From NCBI GenBank assembly GCA_009859145.1, contig VRVR01000056.1, positions 114,381-178,380 on the forward strand: DNA of 64,000 nt, in the 5' to 3' direction. A program made the translations under genes and the position numbers. Below the pieces are notes generated by a model that saw only the letters and a program-made list of their open reading frames with translations, had not been told where the DNA came from and searched no databases. This DNA comes from Andalucia godoyi And28. Lineage: Eukaryota; Protista; Jakobida. Of the stretch, positions 1 through 9,024 are shown piece after piece. Each line of letters begins with the position of its first letter. The first letter of the stretch is position 1.

Positions 1-3000
1 GGGTCCATGGTGAGAGACACAGAGGTGCACCCACGATTCACTGTACAGATCATCGAGTGAGGGAGGCAATGCAACCTTGGCCGAAAACGAATCCTCATTC
101 GGTCGATGCATCATCATGCTTTTGCCGACATTGAGCAAGAAAACAAGGGACATTGTCCCATTTGCAGTTCTTTCGACGGAAACGGCAACGGAGCAGAAGT
201 CTTCACGCTTGCCGTGTTCGTTAACGATTGACAGAATCATCCAGCGTCCTTCATGCCGGGGCAGGCACAAATGGCAATCGAATGCCCAGCCATTGGATGG
301 GGGTGGTGGGAAGACCATGCCGTCCAGTACTCGAATCATTGACTTTGCACGTGATTTGTCCTCTCTGCCTACCATTTTCCAAATGTTATCCCTCGAGATC
401 GACACAAGATGTCTGCTGTACGATGACGAAACCTTGTCGGATATCGCATCAACAAACCTCAATACCCTCGAGGAAGGAGAAGACATCAGTTCCTGGATTG
501 TTGAAAGAAGTGGCATCGGAAACATTGAGGAGGCTAGCAAGCAAGAAAACAAGGCGTGAAAAGCATCTGACGGGAAGTACAGCCTGCCAAATCTCGAAAA
601 AAGAGCCAAGATCTGTTGCTGGACACCGGATTCCGTGAGACGGTCCGCAAGGCTCGGGACTGGGAAGAAGACAATCGGAAGCAAACGAGAAACCAACACA
701 TCTGACAGACGACTCCTCGCCACGATTTCGATCTGGATGGGGTGGAGAGCTGACATGAGAATCTCAATTGTGGAGGAAAGGTACGATGACGACAGATATG
801 GATCTGGGCATTGAAGCAGATAGTGGACAGAGCATTCCGCGACAGTTGCAATCAGATGAGGGATCACAAGTCTCGCCTTGCATCCTCCCTGCAGACCAGC
901 AAGAAAGTCTGCCACAAGACCGTTATCATAAGGAGAATTGTCATCAAAATGTTCTCGAATGGAAGCGGTCCAATGCATGACGACGTCGGACAGTGAAGCA
1001 GCATCATCATCCGGTCGACCAAGAGCCAGTTCGTCACTGAGTTGTAAAATTTGAGACAGTGGAGAAAATCCAAGGGACACAGCAAGCATCCAGCTTAAGA
1101 GATGAATGCATTCCAATGCCGTTTGCGAGTTTCGCATAATACCAGACCGGTCAAACATTGGTGCAACCCATTCGTAGGGCGCCTTGAACCGCAAGCGAAG
1201 AAGCCGATCCGTCTTGTTAATCGCCTCCGACGAATCGAAAATAACAAGACTGAGAAGCGCAAATGACCGAATGCAAAACGAGAAGTCGTGAATTTTCAAA
1301 TGAATTGCAGACAACAACACCGGAAGACCACCACAGTGCAAAAACAAGCGAGCAGAAGACGGACGATCGAGAGCAACGACATGGACCAGAAGGGTAATGA
1401 GTTCTCGAGATGGGCGCGACGAAAGGCAATGGATACAATCCTCCATAAACGTTTCTTTTGCCATCGCGGATTCCGAGGCATACAGCTGGCATAAAACAAG
1501 CAGGCACGTCAGAACAGCAGTGTCGTCGGGAGATGACCCAAGAGAGTCGTTAAAAATGGAGAATAGTTCCTTCCAGCTTGAATGCAGGGCTCTGTGCAGA
1601 TCCAAACTCGAGGATCTCATGAGAATGATGTTGCACAAGACATACACCGCAACACGTGGATCATCTTCGCATTGAATATCGTCCTTCCTTCTCCGACAGC
1701 AAACAATCAGTCCACGAATGGCATCGTCTGTGTGAAGAATGGGCCGGATGCTAGCATCCGGCAAATCAGATCTGCCTTCCGAAAGATACCATATCTTATC
1801 CACAACCATCCTTCGAACTCTCGGACTCGGGGAGTGCAGCAGTTGAATGAGACGTGGGTAATCCCGTCGATTCACCAGTCCTCCGGCAATAGCATCCGTA
1901 ACTGCGTTGAGAACAGCACGCTGCGTCGACGCGTCCGTTGCCGAAAGGGCTTCTGGAGTCAGCAGAAGCTTCGTTGGCGAGCTGCGATTCCAGACACGGT
2001 AACTGCGCGCCAGCGAGAAGACCCGACAAGCCGCATTACACAGATCACTTCTTTGCGCACGAACACCCACAGAGAGCAATATCGTAAATATGCTTTCTTC
2101 AATGTCGTTCAGCGCCCCTGACTCGATGCTACTGCGTGGGAAATGGCTTTCAATGATGCGAAGAATGTCGAACGCAATCACGTCCCTGTACGGCGCAAAA
2201 AACGAATTGCGAGAGCTTGATGTGTCGGGAATCATCACTATGTGCACAACGCCGGATATCAGCTTGGAGAGAGAGCTGAAATGGAAAGATGCTGGGTCGG
2301 ATCCTCTGGGATCGTAGAAGGCGCGAGAAAGAAGATGGTCCAGACTAACGAGACCGACCAGTGACGCGATGACGGACAAGCGTCGCGCCGTCGGTGCATC
2401 CTGTTCTTGAACCGCTTTGACGCACAGTTCCCCTACCTTCTCCGCAAACGCAGCCCGAATTTCAAACGAATTCGACTGCAGTATGCAATGCCGGCTGAAG
2501 ATCAGGCACACGGCGAGCCCGACCTCCGAATGGGTCGATTTTGCAGCTGCAGAAACGACGTTGGCCACGACCTCGGACGCAATCGACGGGTCCGTTGGGT
2601 CCAAAAACTTGTGGGTTCGGTAGCAATAGGATGCGCGGAACAGCAGCAGCAATGAAGGATGGAGATTGGCGAAATCTGCGTATTCGACGACTGAATCTGG
2701 ATGAATCACGAGTCTGTTCACGACATGCATATCGGGTCCTCGCTCATCATCCTGAGCTGGATGGGCGCTACGAACCATGTTAAACGCGAGAAACTGAGAA
2801 GCACAACCAAGCACACCAATCGGCAGCTTTTTCCTGCAGAATAAGCAGCACCGCGCAAGCAAGTGCAGCAGCACAAATGCCTCGTCCAACACCGCCTGCG
2901 AAAACGCCATTCCGTTACCCAAACCCGCAATATTCAGCAATTGGCACGAGCACTCAAACATCAGCTCCGCAAAGAACTTGCGCTCTGTCGGCGTCACAAA

Positions 3001-3129
3001 CGAGGCAGAAGTCGGAAACGGACAGTCTTGCATCAGCACCGAAAGAATCCTCGGCAGCAGCACATTGGACGGCGGTCGAATGTCTGCAGGAGAATTCAGC
3101 AAGATAATCAGGGATTGATAGTCAATCAT
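1..3129 (-). CDS. Large protein, 3' end beyond the window (at least 1043 codons); possibly BEACH-family (Lvs/WDFY3/NBEA-like) N-terminal helical region plus ConA/LamG-like domain
   Basis: I read this frame by hand: no stop from ATG 3129 (MIDYQSLIILLNSPADIRPP) to position 1. It is absent from the ORF track because it has no stop inside the window. The last part, GWAFDCHLCL...SESWVHLCVSHH, resembles the LamG-like domain of BEACH proteins. The CDS is well supported; the family is tentative. Confidence 0.6.
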   Translation of the reverse strand, partial: MIDYQSLIILLNSPADIRPPSNVLLPRILSVLMQDCPFPTSASFVTPTERKFFAELMFECSCQLLNIAGLGNGMAFSQAVLDEAFVLLHLLARCCLFCRKKLPIGVLGCASQFLAFNMVRSAHPAQDDERGPDMHVVNRLVIHPDSVVEYADFANLHPSLLLLFRASYCYRTHKFLDPTDPSIASEVVANVVSAAAKSTHSEVGLAVCLIFSRHCILQSNSFEIRAAFAEKVGELCVKAVQEQDAPTARRLSVIASLVGLVSLDHLLSRAFYDPRGSDPASFHFSSLSKLISGVVHIVMIPDTSSSRNSFFAPYRDVIAFDILRIIESHFPRSSIESGALNDIEESIFTILLSVGVRAQRSDLCNAACRVFSLARSYRVWNRSSPTKLLLTPEALSATDASTQRAVLNAVTDAIAGGLVNRRDYPRLIQLLHSPSPRVRRMVVDKIWYLSEGRSDLPDASIRPILHTDDAIRGLIVCCRRRKDDIQCEDDPRVAVYVLCNIILMRSSSLDLHRALHSSWKELFSIFNDSLGSSPDDTAVLTCLLVLCQLYASESAMAKETFMEDCIHCLSSRPSRELITLLVHVVALDRPSSARLFLHCGGLPVLLSAIHLKIHDFSFCIRSFALLSLVIFDSSEAINKTDRLLRLRFKAPYEWVAPMFDRSGIMRNSQTALECIHLLSWMLAVSLGFSPLSQILQLSDELALGRPDDDAASLSDVVMHWTASIREHFDDNSPYDNGLVADFLAGLQGGCKARLVIPHLIATVAECSVHYLLQCPDPYLSSSYLSSTIEILMSALHPIQIEIVARSRLSDVLVSRLLPIVFFPVPSLADRLTESGVQQQILALFSRFGRLYFPSDAFHALFSCLLASSMFPMPLLSTIQELMSSPSSRVLRFVDAISDKVSSSYSRHLVSISRDNIWKMVGREDKSRAKSMIRVLDGMVFPPPPSNGWAFDCHLCLPRHEGRWMILSIVNEHGKREDFCSVAVSVERTANGTMSLVFLLNVGKSMMMHRPNEDSFSAKVALPPSLDDLYSESWVHLCVSHHGP

Positions 3130-4001
3130 TGCACACCAGCAAGCATTTCAACACCAATAAATACAAAAAGCAAATCAGAACAAAAACATAACAAAAAACA
3201 ATATTTATGAAAACGTCAATACGATTGTCGTAATAAAATAAACTAAAATAGTATCCTCGTTCATAAAAGCGTCGATTGGAGGTGCGGACGCCAGGATTGG
3301 AAAGAGACACGGACGGCTGACAGCTTTGTGTATCAAAACACTGAACATCAAACGATACGAATTTTCTTACCGTAGTCAAGTCTACTATTTCTTATTTTTT
3401 CTTCGCTTTCCTTTCTGTGTGTTGGTGTCTTCAATAATCGAACCTTCAAGCAGCACCTTTCATCAGAGACAAAGACAAAGACAAAAACATCTCATGGCTC
3501 CAAAGAGGGGGTCTTCTTGACAAACGCAAACCGGCCGTGTTCAAAGATGCCGAGAACGAAGAAACCCGTTGATCCCCTCTTGTCGAAGGCGGAGAGCAAG
3601 AAGATGGTCATCGTCAGACGGCTGGGCAAGATATTTTAAATTCTCGAAGATGTGATCGATTACGTTCGGAAATGCGCTCTAAGCTAGAGAACAAGAAGGA
3701 GCAAAGACAAAAGCGCCGTTCGCCGACGACATTCTGTTTCCTCCAACGTTCAATTTTGAATGTTGAGTCGACTGCGGAGTATGCTGGTTGCGAGGACCCT
3801 TTGATGTCAAGCAATCTGCATTGAAGAGCTGGTGCTTGCCCCCCCAAATGAAAACAAAAGCATACATATGGCTTGGATCTGTCTTTGGTCTTTTTTGCTT
3901 CGTGCCGTCTGCTGTACTCCCTGATAGCTTGCACTCTGAGAATTCCCGATCGCAAGGAATCGCCCGTCGTCGTCGTCTTTCTTGTCTTTCTTGTTGATAT
4001 C

Positions 4002-4003
<2 letters not shown>

Positions 4004-4045
<42 letters not shown>
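4004..4045. repeat. (TG)n microsatellite
   Basis: About 21 TG units ending just before ATG 4050. Confidence 0.95.
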
Positions 4046-4048
<3 letters not shown>

Positions 4049-4049
4049 C

Positions 4050-5327
4050 ATGATTCGAGCTCCACTGTCGCATGTAAAAGTGCTTGATTTGTCGCGGGTC
4101 CTTGCTGGGCCCTGGTGTACACAGCTTCTTGCAGACTATGGAGCGACGGTCTTCAAGATTGAGAAGCCTGGTCAGGGCGACGACACACGGAGCTGGGGTC
4201 CTCCGTTCGTCGACGAATCTCGTTCCGCGTACTTTATGTGCGCGAACAGGAACAAGTATTCGGTGTGCGTGGACTTTTCAAAGCCAGAAGGCGCCGAGCT
4301 TGTGAGGTCGCTTGCGTCTGCTGTGGATGTGCTTGTGGAAAACTACAAGGTCGGCGGACTTGCAAAGTACCAGCTGGATTTTCAGTCTGCCAAGAAGGTG
4401 AATCCGAGAATTGTGTATGCGTCAATTACGGGATATGGGCAGGAGAACTCGCCTCGCGTCGACGAACCAGGATACGACTTTATCATTCAGGGCATGGCTG
4501 GACTGATGTCCACGACTGGTCCTGCCAATGAGCATTACAAAACAGGAGTGGCTGTCAGCGACGTTCTCACTGGGATGTACGCAGCAACGGGTATCCTCGC
4601 TGCGCTGAATGCCAGTCCCCGTGTGGCGGCGCATGTGGATGCGTCGTTGATGGACTCGCAGCTTGCGGGAATGGCCAACATTGCTACCTCGTACTTGTAC
4701 TCGGGCAACGTTCCACGGAAGCCGGGGAATTCGCATGTGAACATCTCTCCGTACTCTTCTTTTCGTGCAAAGGATGGTGTGCTCATTGTGTGTGTTGGGA
4801 ATGACGAGCAGTTTAGAAAGTTTGTACAGTGTGTCTTGACGGAAGACGCACCATATGAAGAGGAGCAGCGCATTCTCAAGGAATTTGCCACAAACAAAGC
4901 CCGGGTAATCCATGCAGATGATCTGGCAGTCTGGATCAATGAAAAGCTGCAGATTAAGACCTGTTCGCAGTGGATTGCAGTCTTGAATGATGCTGGTGTC
5001 CCCTGCGGTCCGATCAACAACATTGGACAGGCCTTCCAGGAAGAGCATTCGCAGCAACGCAGGATGGTTTCCTATCTGAGGGACAAGGATCCGGGTAAGA
5101 TAGAGGAGAGTCCCCCGCGGACCGCGGCCCAGTTGGCAACCGCGTATCCAGTGCCGTCTTGTGGAGTTCGCTTCACCTCGGACTCCGGTCTTGGACTGCG
5201 GGCCCCGGAAGATTCGTGGGCGCCTCCAAAACTTGGGGCCCATACTCGACACGTTCTGGTTGACCTGGTTGGCGTGTGCTCCCATGCCCAGTTTGACCAG
5301 CTTGCGAAATCCCGCATCGTCCAATAG
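4050..5327 (+). CDS. SUGCT: CoA-transferase family III (CaiB/BaiF; succinyl-CoA:glutarate CoA-transferase-like)
   Basis: VKVLDLSRVLAGPWCTQLLADYGATVFKIE, GDDTRSWGPPF, NRNKYSVCVD, DVLVENYK, GYDFIIQGMAGLMS. The ORF part upstream of 4050 is translated microsatellite. Confidence 0.9.
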   Translation: MIRAPLSHVKVLDLSRVLAGPWCTQLLADYGATVFKIEKPGQGDDTRSWGPPFVDESRSAYFMCANRNKYSVCVDFSKPEGAELVRSLASAVDVLVENYKVGGLAKYQLDFQSAKKVNPRIVYASITGYGQENSPRVDEPGYDFIIQGMAGLMSTTGPANEHYKTGVAVSDVLTGMYAATGILAALNASPRVAAHVDASLMDSQLAGMANIATSYLYSGNVPRKPGNSHVNISPYSSFRAKDGVLIVCVGNDEQFRKFVQCVLTEDAPYEEEQRILKEFATNKARVIHADDLAVWINEKLQIKTCSQWIAVLNDAGVPCGPINNIGQAFQEEHSQQRRMVSYLRDKDPGKIEESPPRTAAQLATAYPVPSCGVRFTSDSGLGLRAPEDSWAPPKLGAHTRHVLVDLVGVCSHAQFDQLAKSRIVQ

Positions 5328-5474
5328 CACCCCACGCACCCCACGCATTCACGCACTCCGGCACCACCGGCACACTGACGCGCGGCACTCCCCCGGAGTA
5401 CGCACGCACAGTCAGTCAGTGGTTTGGGCTCGGGGCTATTTTCTTACTTTTATGTTACGGATCTCTTGTACCTT

Positions 5475-6087
5475 TTATCGATGTCTCGCAAATGCGCTTC
5501 CGATATGTGCTGCAACCGCCGCAAAAGGATCTTCTGCAAATGTCGGATCATGAAACACAGCCGCAAATTGCTTGGTTTCCTCTGTCCGAATGATCGCCCT
5601 GTTCCGTTCCGTCAGTTTCCCGACCTTCATGAGCGGCGCTTCTGCTTCTTTTTCAAGCTGCATGCGCTTTGCTTCTTCTTCAAGCCGCTGCTGCGCCGAG
5701 TCCGCTGTGATTTCCTTGATCACATCGTTGAGATCGTTCTGAAGCCTTGAAAACGGCTGCTTCTTCATTGCCTCCGCTCTTCCTACACCAGCCAGCCGGC
5801 CAAATAGCCATCATCGATAATTAGAATCGCTCAACTTACAAAACTGCAAAAAACTCGTCGTCCTCTTCGCGCACAACCACATAGATGTATTTAAAATAAA
5901 AATAAAATAAAAATAAAAAACAAGAACACATACGCGATGCTTTAAGCTTTTGTTTCATTTGGGAAATTCTCGCTTCTTTGGCAATGCGATCTTGCTGCTT
6001 CTTCTGGCCCTTTGTCAGCGGTGCATTCACTTTTGTGATCTTTTTCACTGCAGCTGCTGTGATCGGCTTTTTCACGGTTTTCCCCAT
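5475..6087 (-). CDS. SLX9: SLX9/FAM207A-like ribosome biogenesis protein, 2 exons (6087-5934, 5782-5475)
   Basis: Intron 5933-5783 (GTATGT...GTGTAG) joins KLKASR to RAEAMKKQPF in frame. Basic N-terminus; C-terminal FAEDPFAAVAAHI matches the SLX9 motif. Confidence 0.7.
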
Positions 6088-6581
6088 TCCCCGATTGCCC
6101 CTGACCTTGTCGATCTTGTCGCCGACGGTAACAACGTCGATGAAGAAGATGGAGATGATACAGTATCATCGGAGCGGAAAACCAAGTGCAGGTGACCAAA
6201 CGGTGGAGATCGAGCAACAACTGCGAAAGTCGACACGCATCGACTGCCCGCTGTCTCAGCAACCATTGAATCTGTGGCTGGTGGCTGCTGTAGTCGGCAG
6301 TTCGGAGTCTGCATCGCGAACCAATAGCTCCATGCCGACACTACGGCCGCGCCAGAAATTGCGGCGCCGATCCTTTTGGACTTTCCATAGCACAACAAGG
6401 ACGACGACGACGACGACGACGACAAGGATGACGATGACGAGGAACACGAGTTGGTGCTGCGATAGACGAGTTTGCCAACTGCCAGGCCGAACCACACGCC
6501 GAAAAACGCTCCTACAGCAGCTGTAACGGGTGCAAGTTGCTCGCACGGCGTTGCATTGGGCGGGAGTCGCAGATTGCTCAT
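6072..6581 (-). CDS. Hypothetical small membrane protein (two hydrophobic segments separated by poly-Ser)
   Basis: ATG 6581; AAVGAFFGVWFGLAVGKLVY and IGAAISGAAVVSAWSYWFA. The stop overlaps the SLX9 start by 16 nt, so the 3' end is doubtful. Confidence 0.35.
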   Translation of the reverse strand: MSNLRLPPNATPCEQLAPVTAAVGAFFGVWFGLAVGKLVYRSTNSCSSSSSSLSSSSSSSSLLCYGKSKRIGAAISGAAVVSAWSYWFAMQTPNCRLQQPPATDSMVAETAGSRCVSTFAVVARSPPFGHLHLVFRSDDTVSSPSSSSTLLPSATRSTRSGAIGEWGKP

Positions 6582-6839
6582 CGTTCTCGTCAAAAAAAAA
6601 AAATAATAAAAAAATACACCCTCCCTGGCCGCGTAACGCCACTTAGCGAAGACTCGGAGACGTGTTTTATTAGTGTTGTACCCCGAAAGCCTCTTTTATT
6701 TGTCGGAGGGCTTTGCTGAGAAACGGCGAGTTTTTGGAATGTGGTCGCCATGTTTCGACGAGCTACAGTGTTTTTTAATGTACAGTACATTCAAGCGATG
6801 TCTCCGATCGAACTTGCAGTGGGTGGGAAAACCAGCCCA

Positions 6840-7310
6840 CTACGACAGCGGAGGAGGCGGGGCGACGGGAAATGTGTCCGCTGGGTCGAACGGGTCCGGC
6901 GACAACTCGATGCCAAACGACGAGGGCTCGCTGGAGACGTACGAATGCGCGATTCCTGGCTTGAGAACAACCAACGTCCCCGGGAGCAGCGTTGCTCTTT
7001 TGACGACCACAGCATCTGCTTCACTACAGCCGCCACTGCTATGGTTGGCACCGTGTTCATGTGCATGTGCAGGAGGAAAGAAGAACTGGGCGTGGATGCA
7101 TCCTGAGAGCACAAACAGGGCCTCTGTCTTTTGAGTGTGGTAGTGGTTGCCGCGAGGACACCCGCGCTGGAACTCGATTGCAAGGCAGTTGCGAACCGTG
7201 TCAAAGACGTTCAGCGCAAACGCAACACCCTTTCCAACGTCAAACCGCCCAACCTGCGGAATCACCACAGGCGGACTATCAAGGACCGTAATTGACACAT
7301 AATCATCCAT
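6840..7310 (-). CDS. Cupin-domain protein (WxcM/FdtA/CapF C-terminal-like sugar isomerase/epimerase fold)
   Basis: Cupin motif 1 RGNHYHTQKTEALFVLSG and motif 2 LKPGIAH. Likely start MDDYVS at 7310. Confidence 0.7.
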   Translation of the reverse strand: MDDYVSITVLDSPPVVIPQVGRFDVGKGVAFALNVFDTVRNCLAIEFQRGCPRGNHYHTQKTEALFVLSGCIHAQFFFPPAHAHEHGANHSSGGCSEADAVVVKRATLLPGTLVVLKPGIAHSYVSSEPSSFGIELSPDPFDPADTFPVAPPPPLS

Positions 7311-7596
7311 GTTCATGCTCACGCTCATGCTCATGCTCATGCCCAACGTCCACCACCACCTGGCTCCGAGAACGGTTTTGGCTTCGCGTGCGAAAAGACG
7401 CAGAAGCCTTTTCTGTATCAAAGGGCAGAGAAGAGGAGGTTACGACTGGCAGACAGACAGCGTCAGAGGCTCCAAGCAAGCGAAACACTCAAGAGCCTCA
7501 AACCCTTCTCTGCACGTCGCAGGAAAAACGATAAACACCAACAAACCGGCTGCCGAGGAGCACTGCTTCGAGCACTGCTTCGAGCAAGGTACGCGG

Positions 7597-7614
7597 GTGT
7601 GTGTGTGTGTGTGT

Positions 7615-7685
<71 letters not shown>
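7597..7685. repeat. Compound (GT)n/(GA)n microsatellite
   Basis: About 10 GT units then about 34 GA units, ending just before ATG 7687. Confidence 0.95.
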
Positions 7686-7686
<1 letters not shown>

Positions 7687-7691
<5 letters not shown>

Positions 7692-8961
7692 GAAGAGTGT
7701 GTGTGCTGTGGTGGTTGTCGGTTTGTTGGTTGTGGTTGTTGGGTTGTTGGGAAGCTCGGATGCAGCGGGGATTCGGCTGCGGACGAAGCCAAAGCCATAT
7801 GAGCTTCCGGCGAGATACCACGAGTGTGACGGTGCGCCGTTCGGGACGTTTGTGATTGACTTAAACTACGGGACGTCAACACACATTGTGCAGACGTTGT
7901 TGGAGAGGAACTGGACGCAGAAGAACGTGTCGGACTGTGCGCTTTACGATCTCAAATGGACGTGGTCGTTTAGTCGAGCAAAAGCGCTGCTGCCGTGCCA
8001 GATGGTAAACCACTTTCCGAATGCAGAGCTGACAATCGGGTCAAAAGATGGGCTCTGGGAAATCATCGGGGCTGGTGCATACGAGTTTGTCCCGGACACG
8101 TGGAACTTGGAGCACGGAGCTGTGGAGCTGCCGCCTAGAGCCTCAGAACACGGCAGGCTGGGCCAGTACTACGTGTCGAAGAAGTCGAATCAGAACCGCG
8201 GAGTAGGAATCCAGGTTCTGTACGTCCCGTCAAGAGGATACCGATTCCCAAAGGAACCGAATCGCATCCTGCAAACGTACGTCGCAAACCCTTTGCTGCT
8301 GCCAGACGGGCGCAAGTTTGACATTCGGATTTTTGCGCTTGTGACGAGTCTGGATCCCCTCGTGGCGTTTCTGTCGACGGATTTTTACACTCGGCATGCC
8401 GCACATCCATACGAGCTGTTTTCGAATGAGCAAATTGCAAGAATCGAGAGCTCGGACGAACCGTACGTTGTGTTTGCGGACATCTACTCGCAGCTCACGA
8501 ATAAGCAGGTGTCAAAGCAAGTGTCCACCGACACGCTGCAGTGGCCTTCGGAGCAGCTCATTGCGTGGATTGGGCGGGAGAAGTACGACGAAGTCGTGCG
8601 GCCGCAGCTGAAGGAGATCGCTCGGAAAACGCTTCAGGCATGGTCGGACAAGTGGGGCAGTCGCGATCACCGAATGCGGTCCTTTGAGCTGCTTGGGTTT
8701 GATATCTTGCTTGATGACAATCTCAAGGCCTGGCTGATCGAAGTCAACATCGCGCCGGGACAGCATCTCAATTCGCCCGTCGTGAAGATCCACCATCCCA
8801 GAATGATCAAGGACATGTTCTCTGTTGTGCTGGACCACGAGAACGCTTGCCCGCATATGGTCGGTGTCTTTGAGAACATTGCGTGTGGGTACGCAACCGC
8901 CACGGAGGAAGTCCTCGAGGACGGGACAGTCGTCGTTTCCCCCGAAAAAGATGAATTGTAG
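7687..8961 (+). CDS. Tubulin-tyrosine-ligase-like (TTL/TTLL) ATP-grasp protein with N-terminal signal peptide or anchor
   Basis: KKSNQNRGVGI, ILQTYVANPLLLPDGRKFDIRIFALVTS, FELLGFDILLDDNLKAWLIEVNIAP. N-terminus MKKSVCAVVVVGLLVVVVGLLGSSDA. Confidence 0.85.
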
Positions 8962-9024
8962 AACAAACAAATAGCAAATGAATTCTTTTTTAAATTACAC
9001 ATTTCACCACCATCAGAACCAAGA

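Noticed and set aside
77-3210. Listed short ORFs on both strands (e.g. 77-559, 1582-2121)
   Set aside because: Antisense or off-frame shadows of the uninterrupted minus-strand frame 3129-1.
3873-4049. ORF-track N-terminal extensions (also 43612-43890, 53089-53196, 37692-37829, 62735-62833)
   Set aside because: They start at TTG/GTG and translate microsatellites or AT-rich UTR or intron sequence; downstream ATGs fit the families better.
4422-5348. 308-aa minus-strand ORF
   Set aside because: Antisense to the motif-rich CoA-transferase, with no motifs of its own.
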